Below, one piece after another: positions 35,599 through 47,277 of a stretch of DNA of 64,000 bases. This DNA is from an uncultured delta proteobacterium (GTDB taxonomy: Bacteria > Myxococcota_A > Polyangia > Fen-1088): contig CAVYGB010000010.1 in the NCBI GenBank assembly GCA_963767925.1, forward strand, positions 640,001 to 704,000. Direction: 5' to 3'. Both the position numbers and the translations under genes were made by a program. The first letter of the stretch is position 1. Each line of letters opens with the position of its first letter. The notes under the pieces are model-generated. The model was not told the DNA's origin. It worked only from the letters and a program-made list of their open reading frames with translations, and ran no database searches.

Positions 35599-36561
35599 TC
35601 AGAAGAAGAGCGAGCGTACCGCCACCGCGGCCCCGTCGGCCAGCGGGACCGGCCAGAGGGAGGCGGAACGCCCCGTCCGGGGGCGCTCGCCGTCGCCATC
35701 GGTGAGGAGCAGGTAGGCGGCCCCCAGGGCGGTGGCCACCCCCAGACCGAGGCCGATGTCGGCCACCAGGTAGGTCCGGCGGACGACGTCCACGTCGCGA
35801 CCGCCGCAGCCAGGGGCGCAGCCCGAAGAGAGGCTCCGCTCCTGGCCCATGCCCCGCAAGCCGAGCCCCACGAAGGTGCCGACGCCCACCACCGAGGTGG
35901 CAGCCAGGGCGATGGCCAGGCGGGTGCGGGCCTTGGGATCGAGGCCGCCCGTTGCGCTCAGCTCGCCGGCCGGGAGATCGCCGGCCGGGCCCGGGCCGGG
36001 AGCGGTGGCTCTTCCGACGGCGGCCAGCCGCACCGGCAGCGGGCGGGGAGGCGGCGCCGGCCGGGCCGGCTGCAGCTCGACGTCGACCAGGCGGTTCTTG
36101 TGCCCCTCGGCGATCAGCAGCTCGATGGTGCCGGGCGCGGCGCCCGCCGCCTCGAACCGGCAGGTGTGTTTGCCGGGATCGAGATGGACGGTCCGGCCGT
36201 CGAGCCGCTCGGTCAGCAGCTCCTCGTCGCAGGTGACGGTGACGTGCTCGAGGTCCTTGCCCGCCATGCGCACCACGAAGGCCGCGGTCGGCAGGGAGGT
36301 GTCGACCTCGATCAGCCACTTGGCACAGTCGTCGCGCACGAAGGCCGGGCAGCCCGGGCGCACGCACATGCGCAGCACGTCGCGCGCCGCCCGCAGCAGC
36401 CCGTCGGCCCGCAGCTCCTGGGCGGTCTCGTACGATTTGGCGCAGGTGTCGTCGGCGGCGCGCGCGGTCCGGCCGCCGGTGGCGGCGGCGATCACCAGGA
36501 GGAACGCGGTGAGGGTGCGGGTGGAAAACAACGACGTGCTCCTCAGGGTGAAGTCAGGCAC
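35599..36561 (-). CDS. Secreted/membrane protein with Cys pairs and a PEGA-like segment (kinase-associated)
   Basis: GTG start overlapping the kinase 3' end; signal peptide, C..SYETAQELR...C..FVRDDC..W, LDPGKH, C-terminal hydrophobic helices. Confidence 0.75.
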   Translation of the reverse strand: MPDFTLRSTSLFSTRTLTAFLLVIAAATGGRTARAADDTCAKSYETAQELRADGLLRAARDVLRMCVRPGCPAFVRDDCAKWLIEVDTSLPTAAFVVRMAGKDLEHVTVTCDEELLTERLDGRTVHLDPGKHTCRFEAAGAAPGTIELLIAEGHKNRLVDVELQPARPAPPPRPLPVRLAAVGRATAPGPGPAGDLPAGELSATGGLDPKARTRLAIALAATSVVGVGTFVGLGLRGMGQERSLSSGCAPGCGGRDVDVVRRTYLVADIGLGLGVATALGAAYLLLTDGDGERPRTGRSASLWPVPLADGAAVAVRSLFF

Positions 36562-38909
36562 TCGGGCTTGATGCGGCGGATGCCACGCTCGTCGAACACG
36601 TAGGGCGGGACGCAGTCCACCGCCCCCTGGAAAAACGTGCTGGCCGCGGTTTTGTTCCGTCCGCGGACCCGCCGGGGCAACCGCCGGCGGGGCTCCAGCT
36701 CGGGCCCGGCATCGTGGAGGACCACCTCGGGCTCCTCGGCCTCGCGGACCACCCGCGCGGTCTGGATCAGCTTCGCGGTCAGGGCCCCTGGCCGCGGGGT
36801 CGCCGGGCGCGCGGGCGGCACCGGCGTCACCTCCACCGGCGGGGGCAACACGACCACCGCCGGAGGGGGCGCCACCACCACCGGCGCGGGGGCCACCACC
36901 GGCTCGGGCGGCGCCACCGCCGCGGACACCGCCACGGGCGCGGGCACTGCCACCGGAGCGGCCGGCTCGGGCGGCGGGAGGGGGCGCGGGGCCGTGAGCG
37001 GCTCGGCCACCGGGGACGGGGGGCGGGAGGGCCGGGCGGGGATGGGCGCGCCGCTGGCGCCCGCCGCGGCCACGGCACCCCGGCCCGGCAGGGGCCGGGG
37101 CCCGCGCAAGGGCAGGACGACCGCCACCACCAGCGCGGCGACGAAGGCGCCGAGCCCGAGCCCGCTCCAGACCCGCGCCGGGATCCGCACCGGTCGTCGC
37201 AGGGGCGCTCTCTCCTTGCTCGCGGGCGGCAGCCGGACCCCCGACGTCCGCACGCCGACCGGCGTCGCCTCGACCGGCCGCGCGGGCAGAGGCGTGGGCA
37301 TCGGCATGGGCGTCGGCGTGGCCAGGCTCATCTCGACCGCGGCCACAACGTCGGCCGACGACACCTCCGACGGCTCGTGGACCGGGGGCAGGAGATCGAC
37401 GGTGGTGCTCGCCAGCAAGGCGGGCAGGCCCACCAGGGTCGGCGGCTCGGGCGGAATCTCGCGCAGCCCGGGCAGCGCGAGCCGGGCCTTCACCGTGATC
37501 GCCTCGTCCTCCGGCAAGGGCATCGGCACCGGCCCGGGAGGCAACGGCGGCGGGGGCACCCGCGCCGCATCGACTGGCCGGCTCGCGCCGGGCCGGAAGG
37601 ACGACGCCGACGCCGGATCCAGCGGCAGCGTGGGTCGGATCCCGCCGGGCCGCCCGACCGGCGGCGCAGGCACCGACCCGGGATCCACCGGCACCGCGGG
37701 ACGGATCCCGCTGGTCCGCCCGGAAAAGACCGGCGCGGGCACCGGCGCCGGCTCCACCGGCACCGCGGGACGGATCCCGCTGGTCCGCCCGGAAAAGACC
37801 GGCGCGGGCACCGGCGCCGGTTCTACCGGCGCGACGGGATGGACTCCGCTGGTCCGCCCGGAGAAGACGGGCGCGGGGGCCGGCGCGGGTTCCAGCGGGA
37901 CCGCGGGACGGATCCCGCTGGTGCGGCCGGCCGCGCTCTCCACCCTGGAGCGCAGGCGGGCGCGCTCGGCCAGGCTCTCGGGCGTGACGGCCTGGACCCA
38001 CTCGCCCACCTCGCGGGCGCTGGCCGGGGTGAGCGCCTCCTCGAGCGCCTTGGCGAACATCAGCGCGGTACCGTAGCGGTCGTCCCGATCTCGGGCCAGG
38101 GCCGCCGAGACCACCGCGTCGAGCGCCCGCGGCACCTGCGGATTGAACCGGCTGGGCACCTCGACGTCCGACTTGAGGATCTTCATGGCCACCAGGCCAG
38201 GGTCCTCGCTGCGGAACAGCCGCCGCAGGGTCAACATCTCCCACAGCACGATGCCGGCCGCGAACACGTCGGCCCGCCGGTCGACCGTCTTGAAGCGGAG
38301 CTGCTCGGGCGCCATGTACGAGAGCTTGCCCTTGGTGGTGCCGGGCGCGGAGCCGGGCGTGCGGCTCGAGGCCTTGGCCACCCCGAAGTCGAGCACCCGG
38401 GCCGTCCCGTCCACCCCCACGAGGATGTTCTGGGGGGAGACGTCGCGGTGGACGATGTGCAGCGGCTCGCCCTCGTCGCTGACCGCCTCGTGCGCCGCGT
38501 GCAGCCCGTACAGCAGCCCGGTCATGATACTGACGACGATCGGCGTCGGCACCCGGCCCGCCTTGCGCGCGCAGCAGCCGAGCAGCCGCGACAGCGACTC
38601 GCCATGGACGTACTCCATGACGAGCAGCACCTCCTTGTCGTCGACCGCCACGACGTCGAGCGGCGCCACCACGTTGGGGTGCTGCACGCGCGCGGCCAGC
38701 CGGGCCTCGTCGACCAGCATCGAGACGAAGTGGGGATCACGCGCGTAGGGCGCGTGCAGCCGCTTGATGGCCACCGTGCGCGAGAACCCGCCCTGCCCCT
38801 GCAGCCGACCGAAATGGACGGTGGCCATCCCTCCAGTCGCGAACTCGTCGTAGAGGACGTAGCGACCGAGAGGGCGTCCGTGCGGGTTCTGGTTCGCCGC
38901 CGGCTCCAT
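36543..38909 (-). CDS. Transmembrane Ser/Thr protein kinase
   Basis: TGGMATV, VAIK, HRDVSPQN, DFG, KGKLSYMAPE, Pro-rich linker, TM helix, C-terminal CVPPY...KPECL; TATAAT upstream. Confidence 0.95.
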   Translation of the reverse strand: MEPAANQNPHGRPLGRYVLYDEFATGGMATVHFGRLQGQGGFSRTVAIKRLHAPYARDPHFVSMLVDEARLAARVQHPNVVAPLDVVAVDDKEVLLVMEYVHGESLSRLLGCCARKAGRVPTPIVVSIMTGLLYGLHAAHEAVSDEGEPLHIVHRDVSPQNILVGVDGTARVLDFGVAKASSRTPGSAPGTTKGKLSYMAPEQLRFKTVDRRADVFAAGIVLWEMLTLRRLFRSEDPGLVAMKILKSDVEVPSRFNPQVPRALDAVVSAALARDRDDRYGTALMFAKALEEALTPASAREVGEWVQAVTPESLAERARLRSRVESAAGRTSGIRPAVPLEPAPAPAPVFSGRTSGVHPVAPVEPAPVPAPVFSGRTSGIRPAVPVEPAPVPAPVFSGRTSGIRPAVPVDPGSVPAPPVGRPGGIRPTLPLDPASASSFRPGASRPVDAARVPPPPLPPGPVPMPLPEDEAITVKARLALPGLREIPPEPPTLVGLPALLASTTVDLLPPVHEPSEVSSADVVAAVEMSLATPTPMPMPTPLPARPVEATPVGVRTSGVRLPPASKERAPLRRPVRIPARVWSGLGLGAFVAALVVAVVLPLRGPRPLPGRGAVAAAGASGAPIPARPSRPPSPVAEPLTAPRPLPPPEPAAPVAVPAPVAVSAAVAPPEPVVAPAPVVVAPPPAVVVLPPPVEVTPVPPARPATPRPGALTAKLIQTARVVREAEEPEVVLHDAGPELEPRRRLPRRVRGRNKTAASTFFQGAVDCVPPYVFDERGIRRIKPECLTSP
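37615..37929 (-). repeat. 69-bp tandem repeat (SGRTSGIRPAVPVEPAPVPAPVF), about 4.5 copies
   Basis: Identical DNA units start at 37684 and 37753. Confidence 0.9.
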
Positions 38910-39225
38910 GAGCGTCGGCCATTATAGCCCGTAGCCCCGGCCACGGATGAGAACGCGCGAGTAATTCATAACGCGGCAGCGCGTCGCCAATTTCCGTGCG
39001 TTTCTGGCCAATTGCACGGCCGTTTTCGACGAGCTTTTTTCTCTTGCCCGCATACACCAGTGCTTTCGACAGCTTCCGCCCGGGGGCCCCCCTGGATGAT
39101 GCGCGCCAAGGCATGGATTGAAACCAGCGTTGGCAACCAGGGGAGAAACCATTGTACATCCGCTGCGTACTCTCCGTGCGGGAGTTCGGGGACCCTCCCA
39201 GGGAAAGAAAGAAGGAAATCCAGCG

Positions 39226-39453
39226 ATGTCACAGAACGCCAACGGCAACCCCCGCAAGTGGAACGGGGTGAAGGTCTTCGCCGCGACCATGGCCCAGGAG
39301 CGGGAGAAGCTCGGGGAGAAGGTCACGGCCTGGATCCGTCAGTATCCGCAGAACGAGGTGGTCGACACCGTTGTCACCCAGTCCTCGGACGAGGCCTTTC
39401 ACTGCCTCGCCATCACGGTCTTTTATCTGGAAAAGGACTCCCAGCAGGCGTGA
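39226..39453 (+). CDS. Small (75 aa) hypothetical protein
   Basis: AAGGA RBS; GVKVFAAT..EREKLGE.VT.W...VVTQSSD..FHCL.IT.FY, a pattern I recall from Myxococcota proteins. Confidence 0.8.
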   Translation: MSQNANGNPRKWNGVKVFAATMAQEREKLGEKVTAWIRQYPQNEVVDTVVTQSSDEAFHCLAITVFYLEKDSQQA

Positions 39454-39466
39454 GCCGCTGGCCCGC

Positions 39467-40794
39467 TCACAGCGGAAGGCGCAGCCGGGCCAGGGCGCCC
39501 GGCCGGTCGCGGCGCGCCTCCAGGGTGAGCGCGCCGCGGTGGGCCTCCGCGATCTGGCGGCTGAGCACGAGGCCGATGCCCGACCCGGTCGGCTTCGTCG
39601 TGAAGAACGGGACGAACAGGTTGTGGGTGTCGGCCAGGCCGGGACCTTCGTCCGCCACGACGATCTCGAGCATCCCCGGCCAGCTTGCGCCAGGAAAGCT
39701 CGACCCGACCCCCGGTCTCCAGCGCGGCGTCCACCCCGTTCTGTAACAGGTTGATGAGGAGCTGATCGAGCTGATCCCCGTCCGCCCGGATGGTCAGGTC
39801 CGGACCCGCTCGCAACGTGACGGGAAGCCGTTTTTCGATCTCGACCACCCGGCGCAGCCAGGGTCCGACCTCCAGCGGGGCCAGGGTGGGCGGCGGCAGG
39901 CGGGCCAGCCGGGCGTAAGAGGTCATGAACCGCCCCAGGGCCAGCGAGCGCCGCTCGATCACGTCGAGCCCGCGGATCAGGTCCTCCTGCCAGTCGGCCA
40001 GGCGCTGGTCCGCCGGCTGCCGCAGGGTCTGCTGCAGATCCCCGGCGATCGAGCGGATGGGGGCCAGCGAATTGTTGATCTCGTGGCCCAGCACCCGCAC
40101 CAGGCGCTGCCAGGCCTGCCGCTCCTCCTCGCGCAGGGCCCGCCGCAGATCGGTCAGCACCACCAGCTCGTGGGGCAGCCCCCCGAGGCGAAAGGCGCTC
40201 CGCCGCACCTCCCACTGCCCCTGGGCGCCCGGGAAGGCGGCGTCGACGGTGCGGGGCGCCTCCCCCTCGAGCAGGTCGGCCATGCCGAGGTCCCGGGCCG
40301 AGACGCCGAGCGGCCGACCCGCGGGCGCCGCCAGCAGCCGCTCGCCGGCCCGGTTGACCAGCCGAAGGCGGCGCTCCCGGTCGAAGGCGAACACCGCCAC
40401 GTCGATCTCGGCCATCACCTTGCCGAGCAGGGCGCTCGCCTCCACCGCGCCGGTGCGCTGGTGGGCCAGGGTGTCGGCCAGCGTGTTCACCTCGGCCAGC
40501 ACGTCGCCGAGGGCGTCGCGCCGGTCGACCCGCCGCCCCCGGAAGGAGAAGTCGCCCTCGCGCAGGGCCCCCAGCAGGTTGCTCAGCGTCTGCAGGGCCC
40601 GCACCACCCGCCCCTTGCAGGCTGAAGGCGGCCGCCAGCCAGGCGAGGACGACCAGCAGCCCCAGGGTCCAGCGCACCTTGCCGCTGTGGTCCCCGGTCA
40701 GCAGCAGGGCCATCGCGACGACGACCGCCGGGGCGGGCCCCAGCAACGCCAGCAGCAGCACCCGGCCCTCGTGGCCGGGCCTGCGCCGACGGGA

Positions 40795-40798
<4 letters not shown>
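39467..40798 (-). CDS. Membrane sensor histidine kinase (NtrY-like); apparent +1 indels at about 40612 and 39675
   Basis: Two TM helices, HEINNSL H-box, QLLINLLQNG, DEGPG, FVPFFTTKPTGSGIGL distributed over three frames. Start uncertain (40798 or 40761). Confidence 0.85.
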
Positions 40799-42166
<1,368 letters not shown>

Positions 42167-42237
42167 GTTTGTCTCCGGGGAAATTACCCTCGGTCCGCCG
42201 GCAAAGCGACCCCTCGCTGGCCCCGGCGCCACCGGGC

Positions 42238-42897
42238 TCAGACGATCCAGCCGTCTTTCAGGTTGATGATGCGCTGGCCGTGGGCGGCGTTCTTCTCCGA
42301 GTGGGTGACCTGCACGATGGTCGTGCCCTGGCGGTTCAGCTCCCGGAACAGGGTCATGATCTCCTCGCCCTGCGAGGAGTGCAGGTTGCCGGTGGGCTCG
42401 TCGGCCAGCAGCAGCTTCGGGCGGGCGATCACCGCCCGGGCTACCGCCACGAGCTGCTGCTGCCCGCCGGAGAGCTGGCTGGGGTAGAGGTCCTTCTTGC
42501 CAACGATCTGGAAGCGGTCGAGCGTGTCGGCCACCAGCGCCTTGCGCTGGGCGCCCGGCATGTCCCGGTAGGACAGCGGGATCTCCAGATTCTCCGCCAC
42601 CGTGAGGTCCTCGAGCAGGTGGAACTGCTGGAAGACGAAGCCGACGTATTTCTTGTTGAGCTCGACCCGGGCCTTCGGGGGCAGCTTGTGCACCTGCTGG
42701 TCGAACAGGTGGTATTCGCCCGACCAGTCGGCGTCGAGCATGCCGAGGATCGCGAGCAGGGTGGACTTGCCGGCGCCCGAGGGGCCCATGAAGGTCACGA
42801 AGTCCCCCTCCCCGATCTCGAGCGCGATCTGGCGCAGCACCCAGGTGCGGCCGGCCCCGGTCTTGTAGCTCTTCTCGAGGTCGCGCAGGCGAATCAT
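42238..42897 (-). CDS. ABC transporter ATP-binding protein (MacB/LolD type)
   Basis: GPSGAGKS, GFVFQQFHL, LSGGQQQ, LLADEPTGNL. Confidence 0.95.
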   Translation of the reverse strand: MIRLRDLEKSYKTGAGRTWVLRQIALEIGEGDFVTFMGPSGAGKSTLLAILGMLDADWSGEYHLFDQQVHKLPPKARVELNKKYVGFVFQQFHLLEDLTVAENLEIPLSYRDMPGAQRKALVADTLDRFQIVGKKDLYPSQLSGGQQQLVAVARAVIARPKLLLADEPTGNLHSSQGEEIMTLFRELNRQGTTIVQVTHSEKNAAHGQRIINLKDGWIV

Positions 42898-42909
42898 GGC
42901 CCTCTCCTC

Positions 42910-42926
42910 AGCCAGCCCTGTGCCAA
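42910..42926 (-). promoter_or_regulatory. sigma54 -24/-12 promoter
   Basis: TTGGCACAGGGCTGGCT (GG-N10-GC), conserved C 14 nt before ATG 42897. Confidence 0.65.
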
Positions 42927-43014
42927 CCCAGGTGCTCGAAATTGCTCGCTCTTTCCCCCCGCCCTGCCCGCCCATGGGACACCCCGTCCCAGAACCGAAC
43001 ACCCCGGGCAGCGC

Positions 43015-44988
43015 TCAGCGGCGGTACTTGTCGGCGATGCGGGCGAGGCGGGCGTCGAGGTCGGCGCGGGGGAGCCAGCGGCCGCGCAGCATGACGCCGG
43101 CGATCTTGCCGACGTTGGCCACGTCGGCGAGCGGGTTGGCGTCGAGCAGGATCAGGTCGGCCCGCTTGCCCGGGGCCACCGTGCCGAAGGCGTCGGAGGC
43201 CTTGAAGTAGTCGCCCACGTTGCGGGTGCCGCTGACCAGGATCTGGTAGGGCGTCATGCCCGCCCGCCGCATCCACTGCAGCTCCCGGTGCAGCGAGAAC
43301 CCGGGGACGCTGAACTGCTGGGGGGCGTCGGTCCCCATGAGGATCTTCACCCCACCCTTGTTGAGGGCGCCGAGGATCTGCATCCGGCTGGCCACGACGT
43401 TGCCGGCCCGGTCGCGCGGGCTGCGCTCCACCCGGTCCAGGAAGGCCTCGGACCACTGCCGGACGTCATAGTCGGGGACGTATCTCAGCTCGGGGTAGGC
43501 GCGCAGATCCTTGAGCTCGAGCGTCCCCTGCAGCACCTCCCACAGCGCCATCGTCGGCACGATCCAGGCGCCCGCCTGCCGGGTCCGCTTGACCACCTCG
43601 TCGAGCTTCTTGCTATCGACGGGGCCCTCCTCCCCCTTCAGGTGCTCGACGTAGCCGTCGACGTGGTCGAAGGTCTCCTGGCCCATCTCGAGCGCGTGCA
43701 GCAGGCCCACGTCCGCCGGGACGTGGCCGCCGAAGCGAATCTTCTCCGCCTTGGCGGTGCGGGCCATGGCGTCGTATTCGGCCCGGGTCAGGCCGGGGTG
43801 CACCTTGAGCAGGTCCCAGCCCTCCTTCTTCTGCGCGCGGACCTTCGCCTCCGCCTCCTCGGGCGAGCCGATCGACTGGCCGTTGAAGCTGGGGCCCGCC
43901 AGGTACAGCGTGGGGGAGATGATGTCGCCGCGGGCGGCCGCCTCGCGCAGCTCGAGCTGACCGGGGTGGCCCAGCATGCCCCGCACGGTGGTGATGCCGT
44001 TGGCCGCGTAGAGCAGCAGCGTCTCGCCGGCGAAGGCGGCCGCGTTGCCGGGGGGGATGTGCCCGTGCATCTCGGCCAGCCCGGGCATGAGGTATTTGCC
44101 GGCCCCGTCGATGGCCACGCTCCCTTCGGGCAGCTTCACCTTGCGCCGGTCGACCGAGACGATGCGGTCGCCGCGCACCACCACGGTCTGGGTCTCCTTG
44201 AGGGTGGGGGTGGCGCCGACCATGGTGACGACGTTGACGTTGTTGAACACCGTCATGTCGTCGGCGTCCCGCTGCGGGCCGGGCCCGCCCTGGGCCACCG
44301 TCATCACCTCGCGGTTGAAGGTCGGGAGATCGTGGGGCCGGGCCTGCTCGGTCAGCGCCGCCCGGGCCCCCGCCCCTCGCCCCACGAGCTGCATCGTGAG
44401 GGGGCCGTCGGCCTTGCTGAAGCTGGCCAACATCTTGACGATGCCGAAGGGGGCCACCTGCTTGTCGACCCAATATTCGACCGTCTCCCCGTCGGGGAGC
44501 TGCTCCTTGTAGTAGCGGGTCTTGAAGGTGCCGGCCGGCACGGTGATCGAGCGGTCGCCGACCAGCTTGCTCGGATCGAGCTTGACGAACTGGTCCCCGG
44601 CCACCGCCGCCCCCGCGGGAAACTCCATGGGAGCCAGGTCCCCGGCCCGCAGGATCAGCCGCTTGACCCGGGCCGCCCCCTCGGCGGCGGGGTCGAGGTC
44701 GATGCGCACCAGCGCCTGGCTGCCCGGACCGAGCGGCCCCCCCTCCACCACCGCCTCGATCTGCTGGTCACGCCCCTGCCGCCCCACCAGCGAGAACTTC
44801 TGCCGCCAGGGCGGCCGCCCCCCCATGCGAAAGCCATATTCGGCGAAGGCCCCCACCGGCAGCTTGGCCAGGTCGGTGGCCACGGGGATCCCGGGCCGCC
44901 ACTGCGGCGCCTGCGCCGCCGCCGGCGCAGCGACGCTGGCGGCACCCGTGGCCGCCAGCAGGACGAGGGCGAGTCTCGGTGGGCTCAT
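43015..44988 (-). CDS. Secreted amidohydrolase with an extra N-terminal beta-rich domain
   Basis: Signal peptide, ITVPAGTF domain, then PGLAEMHGH, GITTVR, GTDAP, GKRADLILLDANPL; GGAGG RBS. Confidence 0.88.
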   Translation of the reverse strand: MSPPRLALVLLAATGAASVAAPAAAQAPQWRPGIPVATDLAKLPVGAFAEYGFRMGGRPPWRQKFSLVGRQGRDQQIEAVVEGGPLGPGSQALVRIDLDPAAEGAARVKRLILRAGDLAPMEFPAGAAVAGDQFVKLDPSKLVGDRSITVPAGTFKTRYYKEQLPDGETVEYWVDKQVAPFGIVKMLASFSKADGPLTMQLVGRGAGARAALTEQARPHDLPTFNREVMTVAQGGPGPQRDADDMTVFNNVNVVTMVGATPTLKETQTVVVRGDRIVSVDRRKVKLPEGSVAIDGAGKYLMPGLAEMHGHIPPGNAAAFAGETLLLYAANGITTVRGMLGHPGQLELREAAARGDIISPTLYLAGPSFNGQSIGSPEEAEAKVRAQKKEGWDLLKVHPGLTRAEYDAMARTAKAEKIRFGGHVPADVGLLHALEMGQETFDHVDGYVEHLKGEEGPVDSKKLDEVVKRTRQAGAWIVPTMALWEVLQGTLELKDLRAYPELRYVPDYDVRQWSEAFLDRVERSPRDRAGNVVASRMQILGALNKGGVKILMGTDAPQQFSVPGFSLHRELQWMRRAGMTPYQILVSGTRNVGDYFKASDAFGTVAPGKRADLILLDANPLADVANVGKIAGVMLRGRWLPRADLDARLARIADKYRR

Positions 44989-45090
44989 GGGCGACCTCCT
45001 CGTGGGACTATATACCGGCGGGCTCACTCCGGGCGCAGGGCGTGCTCACTCACTCCGAGGGCGAACCGGAGGTCGGCGAGCATGCCGGCC

Positions 45091-45849
45091 TCAATCCGCC
45101 CGGGTCGACTCGGCGGCGTGGCCGGGGGGCCGGGTCTCGTCGGCGGCGTGGCCGGGGGCTCGGGTCTCGTCGACGACCCGGCCGTCGAACAGGTTGATGC
45201 TGCGGGTGGCCTGGCGGGCGTACTCCGGGTTGTGGGTCACCATGCAGATGGTGGCGCCGGCGGCGTGCAGCTCGCGCAGCAGGGCCATCACGGCGTCGCC
45301 GTTCTTGGAGTCGAGGTTCCCGGTCGGCTCGTCGGCCAGCAGCACCAGGGGATCGCCGGCCACCGCCCGGGCCACCGCTACCCGTTGCTGCTGGCCGCCG
45401 GAGAGCTGGGCCGGCATGTGGCGGCCGCGGTGGCTCATGCCCACCCGCTCGAGCGCGGCCTCCACCCGCTTCTTCCGCTCGCTGCCGGGCATGCCCCGGT
45501 AGGTGAGGGGCAGCTCGACGTTCTCGAACACCGTGAGGTCGCCGATCAGGTTGAACGACTGGAAGATGAAGCCGATGTGCCGGTTGCGCATGAGGGCCCG
45601 CTCGCGGGCGGTCAGGTTGGCGGCCGGCTGGCCCCCCAGCAGGTAGTTGCCGTGGGTGGGGGTGTCGAGCAGGCCGAGGATCGAGAGCAAGGTGGTCTTG
45701 CCCGAGCCCGACGGTCCCTCGATGGAGACGTATTCCCCTCGCCCGATGGTGAGGTGAACCTCGGACAGGGCGTGGGTCTCCATCTCCTCCGTGTAGAAAA
45801 CCTTGCCCACCCTATCGAGCTGGATCAGCACCTCATCGCTGGCGGTCAT
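45091..45849 (-). CDS. ABC transporter ATP-binding protein (MacB/LolD type)
   Basis: GPSGSGKT, GFIFQSFNL, LSGGQQQR, DEPTGNLD. Confidence 0.95.
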   Translation of the reverse strand: MTASDEVLIQLDRVGKVFYTEEMETHALSEVHLTIGRGEYVSIEGPSGSGKTTLLSILGLLDTPTHGNYLLGGQPAANLTARERALMRNRHIGFIFQSFNLIGDLTVFENVELPLTYRGMPGSERKKRVEAALERVGMSHRGRHMPAQLSGGQQQRVAVARAVAGDPLVLLADEPTGNLDSKNGDAVMALLRELHAAGATICMVTHNPEYARQATRSINLFDGRVVDETRAPGHAADETRPPGHAAESTRAD

Positions 45850-45867
45850 GACGTCTCCTTCTCCTTC

Positions 45868-47268
45868 TCATTGCAGGCGCACCCGATCGACGTGGTCCCA
45901 CTGGGCCATGTCCGACAGGATCACCTGGTCGCCTTCTCTCAACCCGGAGCGGATCTCGACATTCTTCACCGAGCTACGGCCCAGCTTCACGGTGGTGCGG
46001 CTGGCGTGGCGGCCGTCGGCCTCCAGGCGGAACAGGCCCACGCTGGCCTCCGGCTGCCCGAAGGCGGGGCGCCCCACGAAGAGCACGCTGGCCAGCCGCT
46101 CGATCTCGATCGTCCCCTCGACGTTGAGGTCGGGGCGGGCGCCGTCGGGCAGGGCGCCCTCCAGGCTGACGTCGACCCGCACCGTGCCGGCCACCGCCGC
46201 CGGGTCGATGCGCGCCACCTTGCCCGGGATGATCCCGTTGCGGGTGTCGATCGAGGCCTTCTGCCCGATGCGCACGTCCTTGGCCTGGGTCTCGGGGATA
46301 CGCACCTCCGCCTGCAGGCGATCGGGGCGGGCCACCTTCGCCAGCAGCGCGCCGGCGGCCACCGATTGCCCGGGCTGCAGCGCCAGCTCCTGCAACACGC
46401 CTTCTGAGCCGGCCTTCAGCTTGAGGTCCTCGACCTCCTTGCGGCGGAAGGCGGCGATGTCCCCCAGCCGGGCGATCTGGGCCCGCTGGGCCGTCACCTG
46501 GGCGGCCACCCCCCGCCCCTGGGCCTGCAGCCGCCGCTCCTCGAACTTCAGCCGCCCCTCGAGCTCGCGCTCGCGGCCCAGGGTCTGCCCCTGCTCGAGC
46601 TCGGAGAGGAACCCCTTCCTGGCCAGCACCTCGTCGGCCCGGGCCCGGCGGCGGGCGTCGCCGAGGTCGGACCCGATGGTCGCCACCACCGACTGCTGGG
46701 CGAGCTGCTGCGCGTTCAGGGTGGCGACGAGGTTGGCCAGCTCGGCCTGGGCCTGGGCGAGCTGGCGGTCGGCCTCCAGCGACTGCAGCACCAGGTCGGA
46801 GTTCGTCAGCTCCATGAGGATCGTGTCGGCCTTGACGGTGGCGCCCGGCTTGACCAGCACGCGCTCGACCCGGGCGGCCGCCTTGGCGGCGATCCAGCGG
46901 ATCTCCTCGGGTACCAGGGTCCCCTGCCCCAGCACCTCGCGGACCATGGGGCCCCGCTTGACCGTGTCGGTCCAGACGCTGGCCCGCTCGACGGTGGGGG
47001 CCGCTACCCGCAGCCGCCGCAGCCCGAGGGTGGCGCCCACCAGCAGGAGGGCGCCCGCCACTCCGTAGAGGACGTAGCGGCGGGTGCGGTTGACCGGCGC
47101 GCGGGGGATGTCCAGCCCCGAGCCCCGCGGCGGCCGGGTGAAGGCTTCCAGCTTGTTCTCCGGCTTCTTCTCCGGCCTGTCGTCGGCGTTGCCCTCGGGT
47201 TTGCCCTCGGGTTTCGTCTCGCCCTTGCTCCCGGTCAGGCTGAGGGCGGATTGCTTGCTGGTCGGGAT
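45868..47268 (-). CDS. Efflux periplasmic adaptor (membrane fusion protein); start codon unresolved
   Basis: DIPR..., single TM, lipoyl/coiled-coil MFP architecture, GLREGDQVILSD; the frame is open back to the TolC stop but has no ATG/GTG/TTG before 47061. Confidence 0.85.
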   Translation of the reverse strand: MPTSKQSALSLTGSKGETKPEGKPEGNADDRPEKKPENKLEAFTRPPRGSGLDIPRAPVNRTRRYVLYGVAGALLLVGATLGLRRLRVAAPTVERASVWTDTVKRGPMVREVLGQGTLVPEEIRWIAAKAAARVERVLVKPGATVKADTILMELTNSDLVLQSLEADRQLAQAQAELANLVATLNAQQLAQQSVVATIGSDLGDARRRARADEVLARKGFLSELEQGQTLGRERELEGRLKFEERRLQAQGRGVAAQVTAQRAQIARLGDIAAFRRKEVEDLKLKAGSEGVLQELALQPGQSVAAGALLAKVARPDRLQAEVRIPETQAKDVRIGQKASIDTRNGIIPGKVARIDPAAVAGTVRVDVSLEGALPDGARPDLNVEGTIEIERLASVLFVGRPAFGQPEASVGLFRLEADGRHASRTTVKLGRSSVKNVEIRSGLREGDQVILSDMAQWDHVDRVRLQ

Positions 47269-47277
47269 CGAACAACC

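Noticed and set aside
45111..45172. 30-bp duplication at the 3' end of the ABC ATPase
   Set aside because: Short tail duplication (DETRxPGHAA) with no evident function.
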